From assembly GCA_951406725.2 (NCBI GenBank), contig OX597817.1:127348001-127412000 (forward strand): a stretch of 64,000 nucleotides of DNA, in the 5' to 3' direction. The notes below the pieces were generated by a model. The model saw only the letters and a list, made by a program, of their open reading frames with translations, was not told the DNA's origin and did not search any database. Below are positions 61,521 to 64,000 of the stretch, one piece after another; position 1 is the first letter of the stretch, and each line of letters begins with the position of its first letter. Both the position numbers and the translations under genes were made by a program. This DNA comes from Octopus vulgaris. Lineage: Eukaryota.

Positions 61521-61642
61521 ACTGTCAAGGCGAGCTAGCTTAAACCTAAGCAGCCGGGCGAGAGCCACTGACGAGCATTAACCAAATGCGAAATCGCTGG
61601 CTATGCCCCGGTTGCTGTAGGTAGCTTATATCCTTTGTCAGT
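61521..61642 (+). ncRNA. Long fold-back capped by a hammerhead-like core (cleavage triplet non-canonical)
   Basis: AGCCA-CTGACGA-GCATT-aacca-AATGC-GAAA-TCGC-TGGCT; outer stem ACCTAAGCAGCCGGG/CCCGGTTGCTGTAGGT. Confidence 0.55.
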
Positions 61643-61747
61643 CATACGATAAGTGCTTTCTCGTGGGTATGAGTTGTTTTGACGCATATTTTTAGCGACT
61701 AGTCACTTTAGTGATGTCTATATACACACACACACACACACACATAT

Positions 61748-61781
<34 letters not shown>

Positions 61782-61783
<2 letters not shown>

Positions 61784-62346
61784 CTTATAATTAAGGGCTA
61801 AAGAGGGTTATTCTAAAGCCAATACACTGATTTATCCACTTATAATCCACTTGTTACAGGAAAATTGAACTGAAAGCGGGCAACTATCCTTTAGAAAATT
61901 TAAATTTCGTTATCTCTATATTGAATCAATTTCGGAATTAATCCTATAAAGGATACATTCTTCTTCAGTATAAATGATATACTTAAATGTAGTTATGTTT
62001 TTAGCTTCTGCTTTTTCCATGATCACGTGTGAGTATTTTATTTATATTCCCTCGAAAGCTCTACTGAAGAAGAATGTATCCTTTATAGGATTAATTCCGA
62101 AATTGATTCAATATAGAGATAACGAAATTTAAATTTTCTAAAGGTTAGTTGCCCGCTTTCAGTTCAATTTTCCTGTAACAAGTGGATTATAAGTGGATAA
62201 ATCAGTGTATTGGCTTTAGAATAACCCTCTTTAGCCCTTAATTATAAGATGTTTATACTTCAACCGTAAAGGTCTTTTTAATATACTGCCACGCTTTTTG
62301 ATGGAATCCTTTTCTGTAGAGAAAGGGACTTCATCCTATATTGTTA

Positions 62347-62347
<1 letters not shown>
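61782..62347. mobile_element. Young Penelope-like inverted-repeat element in (TA)n: 189-bp arms (61782-61970, 62062-62250)
   Basis: Arms are reverse complements with one mismatch and a 91-bp spacer; arms contain a hammerhead core; (TA)n on both flanks. Confidence 0.85.
62059..62118 (+). ncRNA. Type I hammerhead ribozyme motif
   Basis: Stem I CTCTA/TAGAG, core CTGAAGA, stem II GAAT..ATCCT/AGGAT..ATTC (A.C closing pair), GAAA, stem III ATTG/CAAT, AUA triplet (predicted cut after 62113). Confidence 0.7.
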
Positions 62348-62384
<37 letters not shown>

Positions 62385-62531
62385 GGTTAAGTAATTGAGA
62401 TTCTAATGAATTCTAAAGAATTCACATGAATATGGTCCTTAACTAGGATGCACCGGATATCTATATGGTGCTAACCATACGACAAGTGGGGTGATTACAA
62501 ATAGGAAAAAAGCAACAAGAATGGATTAAAA

Positions 62532-62619
62532 TCTCGGTACGATCGTTTCGTACGAGGACATCTTTAATAAGCTACAAAAAATGCAGTGAATACAGATGGC
62601 TCGTACTCGTCAGCCGAAA
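62532..62619 (-). ncRNA. Type I hammerhead ribozyme motif with fully canonical core
   Basis: Minus: TTTCGG-CTGACGA-GTACGAG..CTCGTAC-GAAA-CGATCG-TA-CCGAGA; G10.1-C11.1 pair, palindromic stem III ACGATCGT, GUA triplet (predicted cut between 62538 and 62537). Confidence 0.82.
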
Positions 62620-62691
62620 AAATATCAGAGAATTCCCAAACATCAAAAGGGGTAGATACAAAAGAGGTTGTAAGATTAACTGCATTGAAGA

Positions 62692-63140
62692 AAGTTCGAT
62701 TCATGGAGATCCGATGAAAGGTTTTAAACCTATAGAATTTATGCATGTCTACATATAGCTCATATTGAATATTTGATCAAGTTGTATGAAGAAATTTTCG
62801 GATACAGTCATGCAAAATTTCTGAAAATCCGAGTAAGAGGCAAAGTGACTGCCATATCATGTAGAGGAAAGTCTGAGTAAAAACATAGTGACTGTCATAT
62901 CGTGTAGAGTAACAGATTGTTATTGAAATTTACAAGAATCGCAGATAAGTTCGATTTTTTGGAGATCCGATGAAAAAGTCTTGAACTTACAAAATTTGTG
63001 TATGTCCTTATAGTTCATAATCCAGTTTTGTGGAGAGATTTAGGGTACAATCATGCGAAAATATCAGGGAATCCGAATGAGAAGCAAAATGACAGTCTTA
63101 TATTGTAGTGGTTCAGGTTGTTAATGAAATTTTCAAGAAT
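62692..63140. repeat. Diverged ~255-bp tandem duplication upstream (minus sense) of the hammerhead
   Basis: AAGTTCGATT..GGAGATCCGATGAAA..TCATGC.AAA..AATCCGA..TGAAATTT.CAAGAATC at 62692-62940 and 62947-63140. Confidence 0.75.
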
Positions 63141-63926
63141 CCCAGAAAGAGGAGGAAGGGGGTAGGAATTTACTCAGTTACTGCTATTTAAGCTGTCAAA
63201 GAGAAAGGAAAGGGGAAGCTAAGGGGATGGGCACAATTTGATACTAACAAAAAAGTCTAAGTTTGTTTAGAACAAAATTCGAACTGAGGTCAACAATTTA
63301 TTTCTTTATTTATAAATGTTACTATTAATAGATTGTCAGGTTACAAAGAGGTCATTAGAAAGGAAAGAAAAATGGGGTTGCTTATAAATGAAATTAAACA
63401 ATTATATTATTATTATACTAAACTATAATACACTACACTATATTAAATTATTTTGATATATTATATCACATCAATACACTACGATAGGTCTGGGATTAGC
63501 AGAATTAATTTTTAAAATGTAAAAGAAATTAAGAGATTTAACTAACTAATATTTGTAATGGGATAAAAAATAGACTAAGAAATGGAGATAAAAATAGAGC
63601 AAAATTTAATTTATTAATAATATGGTCCAATAGAAATAAATCAAATAATTTAAGTCAATAAGTATTAAATAGTACCATCAGAGAGAGAAAAATTTTTAAT
63701 CATAGCTAGTTAGAACTTATCTTTCCAGATAAATATATAATATACTATGTAGGAGTGATATGTAAGTCAAAATGAATTTTATGTAAAATGATTCATTTAT
63801 ATTTTAAATCATTTATATGTTAAATGATATTTTAAATCATATCTCATTTGATAACTGTATACTGGTTCTTTTTACATAGCAAACTATTTGGTAAAATTAT
63901 TAATTATTAATTAATTAATTTTACCC

Positions 63927-63973
<47 letters not shown>

Positions 63974-64000
63974 CAATAAACAGGCATACATATATGTGTG

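Overview
Eukaryotic, AT-rich, microsatellite-dense DNA. The tRNA-derived SINE families and repeat landscape look like an octopod cephalopod genome (inference). No host protein-coding gene can be supported, and most short ORFs in the track are microsatellite artefacts. The main structure is a nested stack at about 3.96-13.5 kb. A hammerhead-bearing Penelope-like inverted repeat is split by a tRNA-derived SINE. The SINE's tRNA head is in turn split by two tandem Tx1-clade non-LTR elements bounded by three copies of one 15-bp target (GTTAGCAAGCTACTT): a full ORF1+ORF2 element (A, 4868-10763) and a diverged ~2-kb ORF1-only element (B, 10780-12746). A and B share a 3' hairpin, a 39-nt post-ORF1 motif, 5'-UTR blocks and equivalently placed splice signals. 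A third, young, 5'-truncated Tx1 element (C, ~48523-50849) has the same 3' hairpin but sits in a (GATA)n tract. The window also holds several distinct hammerhead-ribozyme motifs (densest at 61.5-62.6 kb), Dong/R4-like fragments among (TAA)n tracts, and relics of Helitron, CR1-like, RTE, Hero/NeSL-like, Tc1/mariner and piggyBac-like elements.
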